NCBI GenBank assembly: GCA_963851085.1
Contig: CAWKNX010000003.1
Location: 261,318-325,317, forward strand
Source: an uncultured Actinomycetota bacterium
Lineage (GTDB): Bacteria; Actinomycetota; Actinomycetes; Streptosporangiales; Streptosporangiaceae
Reading direction: 5' to 3'
Length of the DNA: 64,000 nt
Translations under genes and position numbers: made by a program
Shown: piece by piece, positions 55,802-64,000 of the stretch
Position numbering within the stretch: position 1 is the first letter of the stretch
Layout: every line of letters begins with the position of its first letter
Notes under the pieces: model-generated
The model's input: only the letters and a program-made list of their open reading frames with translations
Database searches by the model: none
Told to the model about the DNA's origin: nothing

Positions 55802-57241
55802 TCAGCCCTTGCCCCTGATGATCAGATGCCCGCGCCGCGGTGCGCCGGCCGTCACGGCCTCGCCCCGCAGCCACACAGCCCGGACGGCTCCCGCGAGCAC
55901 CCGTCCCTCGTAGGGCGAGACCGGATCGGGTCGCGCCAACGTGGCGCCATGCACAGTGCACAAGGCATCAGGATCGAAGGCAACAAGGTCCGCGTCGCAG
56001 CCCACAGCGAGGCGTCCCTTCCACGACAGCCCGGCGAGCGCCGCTGGCCGCGTCGCCATCCAGCGGACCACGTCCGCGAGGCCGTGCCTGCGCCGCCGCG
56101 CGACCGTCCAGATGGCCTGAAGGCTGAGTTCCAGGGCCGCGATGCCGCTGTCGGCTGTCCCGAAGTCGCCGGTCTCCGCTCGGGCGGCGGCCTTGTCGCG
56201 GGCTCGCCGGCCCTGATCCTGCGGTCGCGCCGCGCGGGGCGAGTGACCGGACGCCACGCAGTCGATCGTGTCGCTTTCGAGACCACGCCAGAGCGCCTCG
56301 CGGTTGATCCCGCCCCTGATCGGCGGGTCGCACTTGAACTCGGTGGCGCCGTCAGGCACCTCCTCAGCGGCGAAGAACAGATAGTGCGGGCAGGTTTCGG
56401 CGGTCAGCGCGATGCCCGCAGCCTTCGCTCCCGCGATCAGGGCGGCGCACTCGGCCGCTGACAGGTGCGCGATGTGTGCCCTGACTCCGGTGGCGGCCGC
56501 GGTGGCGACGACCTTCTCGATGGCGCGCCGCTCGGCACGCGGTGGCCGCGACGCGAGGAACGTGCTGTAGCCGGGGCCCGATGCCGGCCGGATCTCGCTC
56601 CAGTCCTCGGCGTGCACCGCCATCAGCGTGTCCGGGCCGAGGTCGGCGAGCCTGGCGAACGCGGCGCGAAGGCCCGCAGCGTCGAGCGGGACCAAATCCT
56701 CGGTGGCGTCCTGCATGGCACTGGCGCGTGTGCTGCGTACGCTGTCGGCCGCGTCCACCGGGCGGCGGCCGGCCAGGAAGCACTTGAACCCGACAACCCC
56801 CGCGTCGTACAGCGGGCCAAGCTCGGCCAGGTTGCCGGGCACCGCGGCGCCCCAGAACCCGACGTCGACCGCGCACCTGCCTTCCGCCGCGGCCCGTTTC
56901 GCCTGCAAGACCTGGACTGAAATGGTGGATGGCAGCGACGGGACCGGCATGTCCAAGATCGTTGTCACGCCACCGGCCGCGGCCGCCGCGGTCGTTGCCG
57001 CGAAGCCCTCGCCGTCTGAACGGCCCGGTTCATGCACGTGGACGTGCATGTCCACCAGCCCGGGCAGCAGCGCGATAGCCGCGAGATCCTCCTCGCGCAC
57101 CGCATCGAGCCGGGCGTCGTACGGCGCAACCGCGGCGATGCGGCCATCACGCACCGCTACCGCGGCGGGTGCCTCCCCTGCTGGAAGCACGGTCCGGCGG
57201 GAACGCACCACAAGGTCATACCTCAGATCCTGGCTCACCAC
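55802..57241 (-). CDS. Allantoinase-like cyclic amidohydrolase
   Basis: The metal motif is LPGLVDMHVHVHEPG. Also present are GVTTILDMP, GFKCF, MAVHAED and AHIAHLS. The expected SDHSP reads SGHSP, followed by an Arg-rich insertion. Confidence 0.7.
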   Translation of the reverse strand: MVSQDLRYDLVVRSRRTVLPAGEAPAAVAVRDGRIAAVAPYDARLDAVREEDLAAIALLPGLVDMHVHVHEPGRSDGEGFAATTAAAAAGGVTTILDMPVPSLPSTISVQVLQAKRAAAEGRCAVDVGFWGAAVPGNLAELGPLYDAGVVGFKCFLAGRRPVDAADSVRSTRASAMQDATEDLVPLDAAGLRAAFARLADLGPDTLMAVHAEDWSEIRPASGPGYSTFLASRPPRAERRAIEKVVATAAATGVRAHIAHLSAAECAALIAGAKAAGIALTAETCPHYLFFAAEEVPDGATEFKCDPPIRGGINREALWRGLESDTIDCVASGHSPRAARPQDQGRRARDKAAARAETGDFGTADSGIAALELSLQAIWTVARRRRHGLADVVRWMATRPAALAGLSWKGRLAVGCDADLVAFDPDALCTVHGATLARPDPVSPYEGRVLAGAVRAVWLRGEAVTAGAPRRGHLIIRGKG

Positions 57242-58449
57242 TGCTCCGCCCTTTCCTCATGCGCTCGCTTCGCCGCTGAGCAGAGCCAGTCATGCGCGAG
57301 CCGTTCGGCTAGATTCTCGATCAGCGGGCCCGGATCGGTCATGCAGCGCCGCAGGTCGGGTTGAATGCTGGTCAGCGTGTACGCGGCCGCGATGCCCATC
57401 CGGCGCAGGTCGGGCCCGGTCAATGTCGCGACGCCCGCGATCGCGGTGACCGGCACACCTGCCGCGGCCGCTGCCCGCGCCACGCCCGCCGGGGCCTTTC
57501 CGCGCAGGGTCTGGGTGTCCAGCGATCCCTCACCGGTGATGACGAGCCGCGCGCCCTCGATCTGGTGCGCGAAATCGAGATTCTCGAGCAGCACGTCGAT
57601 CCCCCGGCGCATGCTGGCGCCGAGGAACGCGAGTGCGGCGAAACCCAGCCCGCCCGCCGCGCCCGAGCCCGGCAGATCGCGGTACCTGCGGGCGAGCACC
57701 TGCTCGGCGACATCTGCCCAGCGGGCGAGCCCGTCCTCGAGAATGGCCACGTCGCGGCCGGTTGCGCCCTTCTGCGGTGCGTACACAGCGGCCGCGCCCT
57801 GCGGGCCGAGCAGGGGGTTGTCCACGTCGCATGCCACGATCACTTCGGTGGGCGCCGCGAGAGTCGCGGTGGGCGCTGCGAGGGTCGCTCCGGGCGCTGC
57901 GCCGGTCACGGCAGTGCCAGGCGCCCGCAGTCCGGCGAGGTCAAGCCGGTTCAGCAGGCGCAGCGCGCCTCCGCCTGGCGGCAGTGGCGCGCCGTTGCGA
58001 TCGAGCAGCCGCCCGCCTAGCGCCTGCACGAGCCCGGCACCGCCGTCGGTGCAGGCGACCCCGCCGAGGCCGAGCACGATCCTGCGGGCACCGGCCTGGA
58101 GGGCCGCCATGATGAGCTCTCCCGCACCACGGCTGGTCGCGGTCAGTGGTGCGGGTGTACCGCCAGGCAGGCGGCGAAGCCCGCACGCCTCGGCAGCTTC
58201 GAGGATCGCGACGCCGCCGCGGATCGCGAAAGAGGCGCTGACGGGTTCGCCTGTCGGCCCGGGCACCACGGTGCTGATTCGGCTGAAGCCGCTCGCTACG
58301 GCACTGTCGACGGTGCCGTCACCACCGTCCGCCACCGGGAGTGTGATGACGGCAACACTAGGACAGGCACGCCGCAGGCCCGCGGTGACATGCGCGGCGA
58401 CCTGCTGCGCTGTCAGGGTGCCTTTGAACTTGTCCGGCGCGACGACCAC
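57235..58449 (-). CDS. Glycerate kinase
   Basis: MVVAPDKFKGTLTAQQVA..LPVADGGDGTVD..VITGEGSLDTQTLRGKAP. The stop overlaps the allantoinase-like start. Confidence 0.85.
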   Translation of the reverse strand: MVVAPDKFKGTLTAQQVAAHVTAGLRRACPSVAVITLPVADGGDGTVDSAVASGFSRISTVVPGPTGEPVSASFAIRGGVAILEAAEACGLRRLPGGTPAPLTATSRGAGELIMAALQAGARRIVLGLGGVACTDGGAGLVQALGGRLLDRNGAPLPPGGGALRLLNRLDLAGLRAPGTAVTGAAPGATLAAPTATLAAPTEVIVACDVDNPLLGPQGAAAVYAPQKGATGRDVAILEDGLARWADVAEQVLARRYRDLPGSGAAGGLGFAALAFLGASMRRGIDVLLENLDFAHQIEGARLVITGEGSLDTQTLRGKAPAGVARAAAAAGVPVTAIAGVATLTGPDLRRMGIAAAYTLTSIQPDLRRCMTDPGPLIENLAERLAHDWLCSAAKRAHEERAEQW

Positions 58450-58957
58450 ATGGCCGGAAACGCCGGGCGAGCGGTACCTGGAGCGGCGGGCGCGGTCCGG
58501 GGGGCCTGTGGCGGTGCCGTGCGGGCCTGTGGCGGTGTCCTGGGGGCCTGTGGCGCGGTGGCCGTGGCGGGCCTGCGTGGCGCTGTCGTGCGGGCCCGTG
58601 CGCGCCGTGCGGGCCTGCGCGTTTTGCCCCGCGTTGCGTCACGTCGGCCAGGCTCGATGGCACGCCGGTCACGTTGAACGGGCGGAGCATTGATTCCCCT
58701 TCCCGTGTGGCAGCCGGGCTGTGTGCCCGCCGCACCCTCAACTCAACCGCCCAGCAGCCACGATCGCAACGCGCGTCCCCGCCAAGTGACCACAACGTGG
58801 GCGCGGGGGTGGACAGGCTCGCAGGACAATTCGGGCGGCTCGTGGGCATTCGGGACTATCCTTAGTCGCGGCGTCAGTTCGGTGAGCTCTGGCTCGGCGT
58901 GCTCAAATGCGGTGGGCTCGGCGCTTGGGCTTTCGTGACATCGAGGAAGGCGCATCC

Positions 58958-59808
58958 GTGGCAGGAGATTCGTTTCGCGGCGTCATCTCGGCACGAGAGG
59001 GCAATCGGGGGACGTTCGACACCACCGTGGCACATCCGGCCCGCGTGTATGACTACTGGCTTGGCGGCAAGGACAATTTCGCCGTCGACCGTGAGGCGGC
59101 GGAGCAGGCGATCTCGGCGTTCCCCGGTGTCATCCGCGGCGTCCGCGCGAACCGTGCGTTCCTTGGCCGGGCGGTACGTTACCTGGCCGCAGAGGCGGGG
59201 ATCCGCCAGTTCCTCGACATAGGCACCGGGCTGCCCACAGCGGACAACACCCACGAAGTGGCTTAAGCTGTCGCGCCGGAATCGCGCGTCGTGTACGCGG
59301 ACAATGACCCGATTGTGCTGGCGCACGCCCGCGCGCTGCTCACGAGCGGCCGAGGCGCCACCGCATACGTGGATGCTGACATCCGTGACACGGCAAAGCT
59401 GCTCGACGCGGCGCGGCGGACGCTGGACTTCGGCACGCCTGTGGCGATCACAATGCTTGGGGTTTTGCAGCTCGTGCCGGACGAGGATGACCCGTACGCG
59501 ATCGCGGCGATGCTGGCCGGGGCACTTTGCCCAGGCAGTTACCTGGTGATCTCCCATCCGACCAGCGGATCGACACCGAGGCCATGACCGAGATGGCGAG
59601 ACGGCTCAACGAGCGGTCAGCCCCGGCCCAGATGACCCTCCGCACCCACGAGCAGATCAGCCGCTTCTTCGACGGGCTCGAGATGGTCGAGCCCGGACTG
59701 GTCCCGGTGAACCGGTGGCGTCCAGACGTCGGCGATGTCATGCCCGACAGTGACGTCCCCAACTACTGCGGGGTCGCATGCAAGGCCGGTGCGGCCGACA
59801 GCCATTAA
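58958..59808 (+). pseudogene. SAM-dependent methyltransferase (DUF574/PF04672 type) with an in-frame TAA and a later frameshift
   Basis: GTG at 58958 follows gaggaagg. Sequence runs ARVYDYWLGGKDNFAVDREAAEQ..FLDIGTGLPTADNTHEVA-TAA(59264-59266)-AVAPESRVVYADNDPIVLAHAR. The frame shifts near 59560 to ..EAMTEMARRLNE..GLEMVEPGLVPVNRWRPD. Confidence 0.7.
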
Positions 59809-60037
59809 GCCGTGGGCAGCGCGGCCGGGCCCTCCCGCTTCTGGCCCTCCCGCCTCAGTCTCGCGCCTCAGCTGATGGCCGTTGCAGAAGCCGGAATAGG
59901 CGCCACAGCAGCTCGTCGCGGCTGCCCTCGATATGCGGCCGAGCCATGACGATGATCACGTCGCGCCTGCGGATCGCAGCAGGCTGGGCGATGGGCGATG
60001 ACGAAGCTGGTCCGGGGGCTGCGTAGGGAGAGAAATC

Positions 60038-60684
60038 TCAGGGGCCGGTACCTGGCTTGAACGGAGTCACATCGATCGCACCCTGCTGGCATACGCTTCC
60101 GCCTGGCCACGACGTGCTCAGCGTTGTGGTCTCGTCGGGCGGGGTCACATGCAGCACGGTCGGGACGGGCTCGCACGGGTTGGAGGTCTCGCTTGTGGCC
60201 GGGACAACCGTCCAGTGCAGCTGCGAGTAGACGTGCTGGCCTTGCGTCACGGTCAGCAGTTGCGGTGTCGCCGCCACCCGGGAGACGCGGGTGACGATCG
60301 GGCCCGCAGCGTTCGCGAGCTGCATGCCTGGATAACCGAGGACCTGGCAGGTGACGCCCGCGATGTTGGTGAGGACAAGAAAGGCGTAGCGCTGGCCAGC
60401 TCCTGGGCTGCCCAGTGTGACGTGGGCGGACAGCATTGCGGTGTGGCATCGGCCGGGGCCCTGGGCCTGGCTGCCCCCTGTGCTGCTCGGGCTGGCGCTG
60501 GGTGCCACGGTTCCGCTAGCCGTGGGCGCAGTCGTAGCGGGCCCACCGCCCAAGGGCTGGCCGTTGCCGTGGGGGAGCCCGCCGTTCCATTCGAGCCTGA
60601 GCCGCATCCCGCGGCGAGCATCGCGGTCGCGGCGGCCAGGGCGGCGGCCAGGGCGGCGGCCGAAGTCCTTGCATTTATCCTCAT
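60038..60684 (-). CDS. DUF4232-domain lipoprotein, one frame break
   Basis: Signal peptide plus lipobox MRINARTSAAALAAALAAATAMLAAGC is in one frame. The DUF4232 body (CHTAMLSAHVTLGSPGAGQRYAFLVLTN..CQV.GYPG) is in another, with the junction near 60560. Confidence 0.6.
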
Positions 60685-60810
60685 AGCGCCCTCCTCGCAT
60701 CCTTTGCTGGTCTCTATGACGACGGAAGCCGCCTCGCGGTGGCAACCGATTGGTAACAAAATGCTCAAGCGCTCAAGCGACCGTAGCGCTCACAGGCTCA
60801 CTCGCTCACC

Positions 60811-61088
60811 GGGCCTGCGGTGCCTGCGGGGCCAGCGGTGCCTGCACGGCTCGCAGTGCCCGTGTGGCTCGCGGTGCCCCTGCGGCTCGCGGTGCCAATG
60901 TGGCTCCCGGTGTTCGCAGTGCCTGTGCGGCTCCCGGTGCCCGTGCGGTTTGCAATTCCCGTACGGTTCGCGGGTGTTCGCGGTGCCTGTGCGGCTCGCG
61001 GTGCCCGTGCGGCTCGCGGTGCCCGTGCGGCTCCCGGTGCCCGTGCGGCTCCCGGTGCCCGTGCGGCTCGCGGTGCCCGTGCGGGGCT
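60811..61088. repeat. 18-bp tandem repeat array, about 15 copies
   Basis: The unit is ggtgcccgtgcggctcgc. Copies are near-perfect at the right end (60999-61088) and degenerate toward the left. All six frames are open across it. Confidence 0.9.
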
Positions 61089-61242
61089 CACATGCATGCA
61101 CGCCATGCAGCACGATCATGAAATGCTCTGCGCCGCAGGGAACGCTTCCGGCTCGTGCATCCGGTGCCGGGCTCGCAGTCGCCACGCCATCCCGTCCCTC
61201 TCACCCCGGGCAGCCGCGGGCAGATCCCGGTCATCAGGCGGC

Positions 61243-61519
61243 TGTCATCGCCAGGATCATGATCGATGGCCCATTGGGCGCCAGATAACACGCCGGTCAA
61301 CGCATACCATCTAGTCTGCCTCAAGATCAACTTCGGGAGGCTGTGAAGGCCGACGGACAGCGACAGCAATGGCCCATTGCTGCTGCCGGAGTAAGCGGCA
61401 ATGGGCCATCGCTGCTGTGATCGCACGGCCGTCGATATGTACCGTTGCCCCACTCGCGGCGCTTCATGATCGCGGTAACTTCTCGGCGGTATGTGCAGGT
61501 AAGTTACCGCGATCATGAA
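61243..61519. repeat. Copy 2 of the two-part element (box plus long hairpin), with about 170 bp inserted that carry three CAATGGGCCATTG-type motifs
   Basis: The box is tgtcatcgccaggatcatgatcgatggcccattgggcgcc (61243-61282). The hairpin is ttcatgatcgcggtaactt..aagttaccgcgatcatgaa (61463-61519). The stem is identical to copy 1 and the loop differs. Confidence 0.7.
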
Positions 61520-61529
61520 AGCCCGGCGC

Positions 61530-62310
61530 CTAACGCCCGTGTCCGGCCCTCAGCCAGCCGATATAGTCGGCTATTCCGCGTTCGACGTCGTATACGGGCT
61601 TGTAGCCCGTGTCCTCATGGATCCGGGTGATGTCCAGGTAAAAATCCTCACCCGTGCCATCCGGGTCGCGGCCCTCGCGGAGGTCGATGATCGCGTCAGG
61701 GATGACGGTCTTGATCGCGGCAACGATCTCCCTGTGCTTCGTCGGACGGCCCGAACCGACGTTGTAGGTGTGGTGGTTCAGTTTGTCGGCCAGCTAAGGA
61801 GCGCGATGGCCCGGCCGCAATCCTTCACGTAACACATGTCGCCGCCATCATCGGCATACGCGGGCGGGCGCGGCGGCGAGAAATTGGGTGTCTCGCCCTT
61901 AAGCGCCGCATGCACAAGGCGCGGGAGCGCGAAGAACGGCGACTCGGTGCGGCCGAGCGGGCCCCAGATCGCTGCGATCCGAAGGTTCACGATCTCGAAT
62001 CCCACACTGCGTGCGACCAGGGTCGTGAGCAGTTCCGCGCTCTTCTTGAAGGCTGGGATCGGATGGGCAGCGGTCATCGGGAGCGGAAGGTCTTCGCGGA
62101 ACGGATTTTCGGGCACGCCCCCGTAGACCTCTATCGTGCTCGCAATGCTCATGCGGGGAACGCCCCATTCCTGGGTGGCCTGGAGCGCGTTCAGCAGACC
62201 TTGGGTGTCCATCCGGAGGTTGTCTATGGGTCCGAGCGGTCCGATGCCCGCCCCGGTGAGGTGCACAATACCCGTGATCTTGCGGCGCTTGCCGATCTCG
62301 AGGAAGGCCG
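61530..62310 (-). pseudogene. NAD-dependent epimerase/dehydratase, 5'-truncated or decayed, with a frameshift
   Basis: ..AAFLEIGKRRKITGIVHLTGAG..STIEVYGG..YVKDCGRAIALL is in one frame. It is followed in another frame by ADKLNHHTYNVGSGRPT..ADYIGWLRAGHGR-stop (61530). There is an in-frame TAA at about 62314. No GxxGxxG N-terminus was found upstream in any frame. Confidence 0.65.
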
Positions 62311-62588
62311 CTTAGGCGCGCATCCACTGCGGCCTCTCGCGCGCAGTAGCCTGCGCAAGCCTCTGGCCTGCCCGTATCCGTGCGGCGGACCGATACGACC
62401 GGCCCGGGCCGCACATGTCGGCCGCAGACCTAGGCAGGCAGCACTGGAATGGGTTGCGGGTAGCCTGAGGAAACATCGGACTTCTACATGTGGCGTGCGC
62501 GCGACACAGGGGATGGCTTGATGGTGATCACGATCGGCGGCATTGCTCCCGCAGTCGTGAACTGCGTCTGGGCCGCGCCTGGAATGCC

Positions 62589-64000
62589 ATGAACCCGCAC
62601 GACGACGCGGTCGAGCCGCACGGTGATCCGTTTATACCGCACGGTCATCCGGTCATACCGCACGGTGATGTGGCCGGGCCGTCCAGTGCTGCGGCCGGGC
62701 CGTCCAGCGCTGAGGTCACACCACCTGGCTACGCCGTCGCGCCGCCCGGTAACGCGGCCGGGCCGCCCAGCGCTGCGGCCGGGCCGTCCAGCGCTGAGGT
62801 CACACCACCTGGCTACGCCGTCGCGCCGCCCGGTAACGCGGCCGGGCCGCCCAAAACGATCGAGCCATACGACGTAGTGGCGGTTGGCGAGACGATGGCC
62901 GCGCTGGTCATACAGCCGCCAGGGTCGCTGAACGTCGGCGCTCGGATGCTGCTCGACGCCGGTGGCGCCGAGTCCAACGTCGCAGTCTGCCTTGCGCAGG
63001 CCGGTCGCCATGTCGGCTGGGTCAGCCGCCTCGGCGCCGATTCGCTTGGCCGGATGATCAAGGATCGGGTCGGCGGCGCAGGCGTGGATGTCTCACTCGT
63101 CGCCACCGACCCTGACGCGCCAACCGGCCTGTACCTGCGGGAACCCGGCCGGGTCTGGTACTACCGCGCGGGTTCGGCCGCTTCCAGGCTCACATCGGAC
63201 CTCTGGGCCGTACCAGCCCTGCGCGGCGCCCGCATCGTTTATCTGACCGGAATCACACCCGCGCTGTCCGCGTCATGCCACGAACTGGTCGCGGGCGCGC
63301 TGAGAGACCGGCCCATCGCCGACGCGCTTTACGTCTTCGACATCAATCACCGGCCCTCGCTGTGGCCGCCAGGCCGTGCTGCCCCCGTGCTCGCTGACCT
63401 GGCGCGTCGTGCCGACATCGTCTTCGTCGGGCGCGACGAGGCGGCGGCGCTGTGGGGCACGACTGGGCCGGATGACGTCCGCGCGCTGCTGCGGGAGCCG
63501 AGGGTGCTCGTGGTCAAGGATGCCGGCACGGGCGCCACGTCTTATGGGCCGCACGGCCGTGCGCACGTGGCTGCGCTGCGGGTCGAGGTGGTGGACCCGG
63601 TCGGGGCGGGGGATGCGTTCGCGGCCGGTTATCTGCACGGCCTTCTCGGCGGTGCGGACGAGGTGGAGCGATTGGCCTGCGGGCATCGCTTCGCCGCCGC
63701 GGTCCTGTGCGTTGTCGGCGACATCGCCGACAGCGCCCGCTTGGCCAGCGCGGCCGGCGCGCCGGTTGCGCCCGGCGCGCCGCCTGCGCCCGGCGCGCCG
63801 CCCGCGCCCGGCGCGCCCAGCGTGTCGGTCGGGTCCGCCACGTCCGCTGGGATCAACGCGTCGGCAGTGCCCGCCCCATCGGTCGAGCCCGGCGTGCACG
63901 GCGTACCCGGCGCGCCGAGCGCGGTCACCGCATCCGCTGCGCCGGCAGCTGCGCGCAGGAACGCCGCCCGGATGGCGGGAACGAGGAAGGGAAGAAGATC
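62589..64000 (+). CDS. PfkB-family sugar kinase (2-keto-3-deoxygluconate kinase-like), open to the right window edge
   Basis: Not in the ORF track because there is no stop in the window. Frame 3 reads DVVAVGETMAAL..GGAESNVAVCLAQAG..DPVGAGDAFAAGYL. An upstream ATG at 62589 would add a Pro/His-rich repeat-containing leader; an alternative GTG lies at about 62877. A Pro/Ala-rich tail continues to position 64000. Confidence 0.75.
   Translation, partial: MNPHDDAVEPHGDPFIPHGHPVIPHGDVAGPSSAAAGPSSAEVTPPGYAVAPPGNAAGPPSAAAGPSSAEVTPPGYAVAPPGNAAGPPKTIEPYDVVAVGETMAALVIQPPGSLNVGARMLLDAGGAESNVAVCLAQAGRHVGWVSRLGADSLGRMIKDRVGGAGVDVSLVATDPDAPTGLYLREPGRVWYYRAGSAASRLTSDLWAVPALRGARIVYLTGITPALSASCHELVAGALRDRPIADALYVFDINHRPSLWPPGRAAPVLADLARRADIVFVGRDEAAALWGTTGPDDVRALLREPRVLVVKDAGTGATSYGPHGRAHVAALRVEVVDPVGAGDAFAAGYLHGLLGGADEVERLACGHRFAAAVLCVVGDIADSARLASAAGAPVAPGAPPAPGAPPAPGAPSVSVGSATSAGINASAVPAPSVEPGVHGVPGAPSAVTASAAPAAARRNAARMAGTRKGRR
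62691..62858. repeat. 84-bp direct tandem duplication (2 copies), in frame with the kinase ORF
   Basis: gcggccgggccgtccagcgctgaggtcacaccacctggctacgccgtcgcgccgcccggtaacgcggccgggccgccc.. starts at 62691 and 62775. It encodes AAGPSSAEVTPPGYAVAPPGNAAGPP(SA/KT). Confidence 0.85.

Noticed and set aside
60790-61185. A histidine-rich (HGHREP)n or (RTGTAS)n repeat protein as a real gene, possibly metal-binding
   Set aside because: All six frames are open over the 18-bp array. The listed ORF changes repeat phase midway. The His-rich frame is closed by a TGA at its 5' end and has no start. The region is kept only as a repeat.

Overview
Very GC-rich actinomycete chromosomal segment; gene content is Streptomyces/Streptosporangiales-like, but the taxon cannot be fixed from the sequence alone. 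Coordinates were hand-indexed and may be off by a few nt. Left part (1-17 kb): a NiCoT nickel/cobalt transporter with a Nur-box-like operator. It is followed by an amine/GABA/beta-alanine catabolic neighbourhood: three class-III aminotransferases, two aldehyde dehydrogenases including mmsA, an Lrp regulator and an APC permease. Next comes a heavily frame-broken two-component module. Centre (about 17-39 kb), the most interesting system: an apparently orphan, NRPS-less biosynthetic cluster. Nine translationally coupled genes encode an adenylating ligase, two carrier proteins, a KS, a small CLF-like partner, a second ligase, a FabF-like KS, a HmaS/HPPD-like dioxygenase and a PhyH dioxygenase. These are immediately followed by a TPP E1 alpha/beta pair. 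The flanks carry Hmo-like and HpgT-like genes, an O-methyltransferase, three hydrolases and a fused E1 alpha-beta. Right part (39-64 kb): housekeeping and accessory genes. These include an MFS-MarR fusion, a DAG-kinase/FAD-oxidase/TetR/GlpD cassette, cutA, galT-DeoR, an aromatic amino-acid decarboxylase, allantoinase-like plus glycerate kinase, and a PfkB kinase running off the window. Three window-wide sequence phenomena stand out. (i) A GC-rich palindromic REP-like element is present at gene ends and as tandem arrays inside two cluster ORFs. (ii) Many in-frame mini/microsatellites sit inside CDSs. (iii) Frame-disrupted or truncated genes are unusually dense; the breaks I could resolve lie at short G/C runs, so assembly error and real decay cannot be separated here. 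No rRNA, tRNA, CRISPR-cas, transposase, integrase or phage genes were seen.
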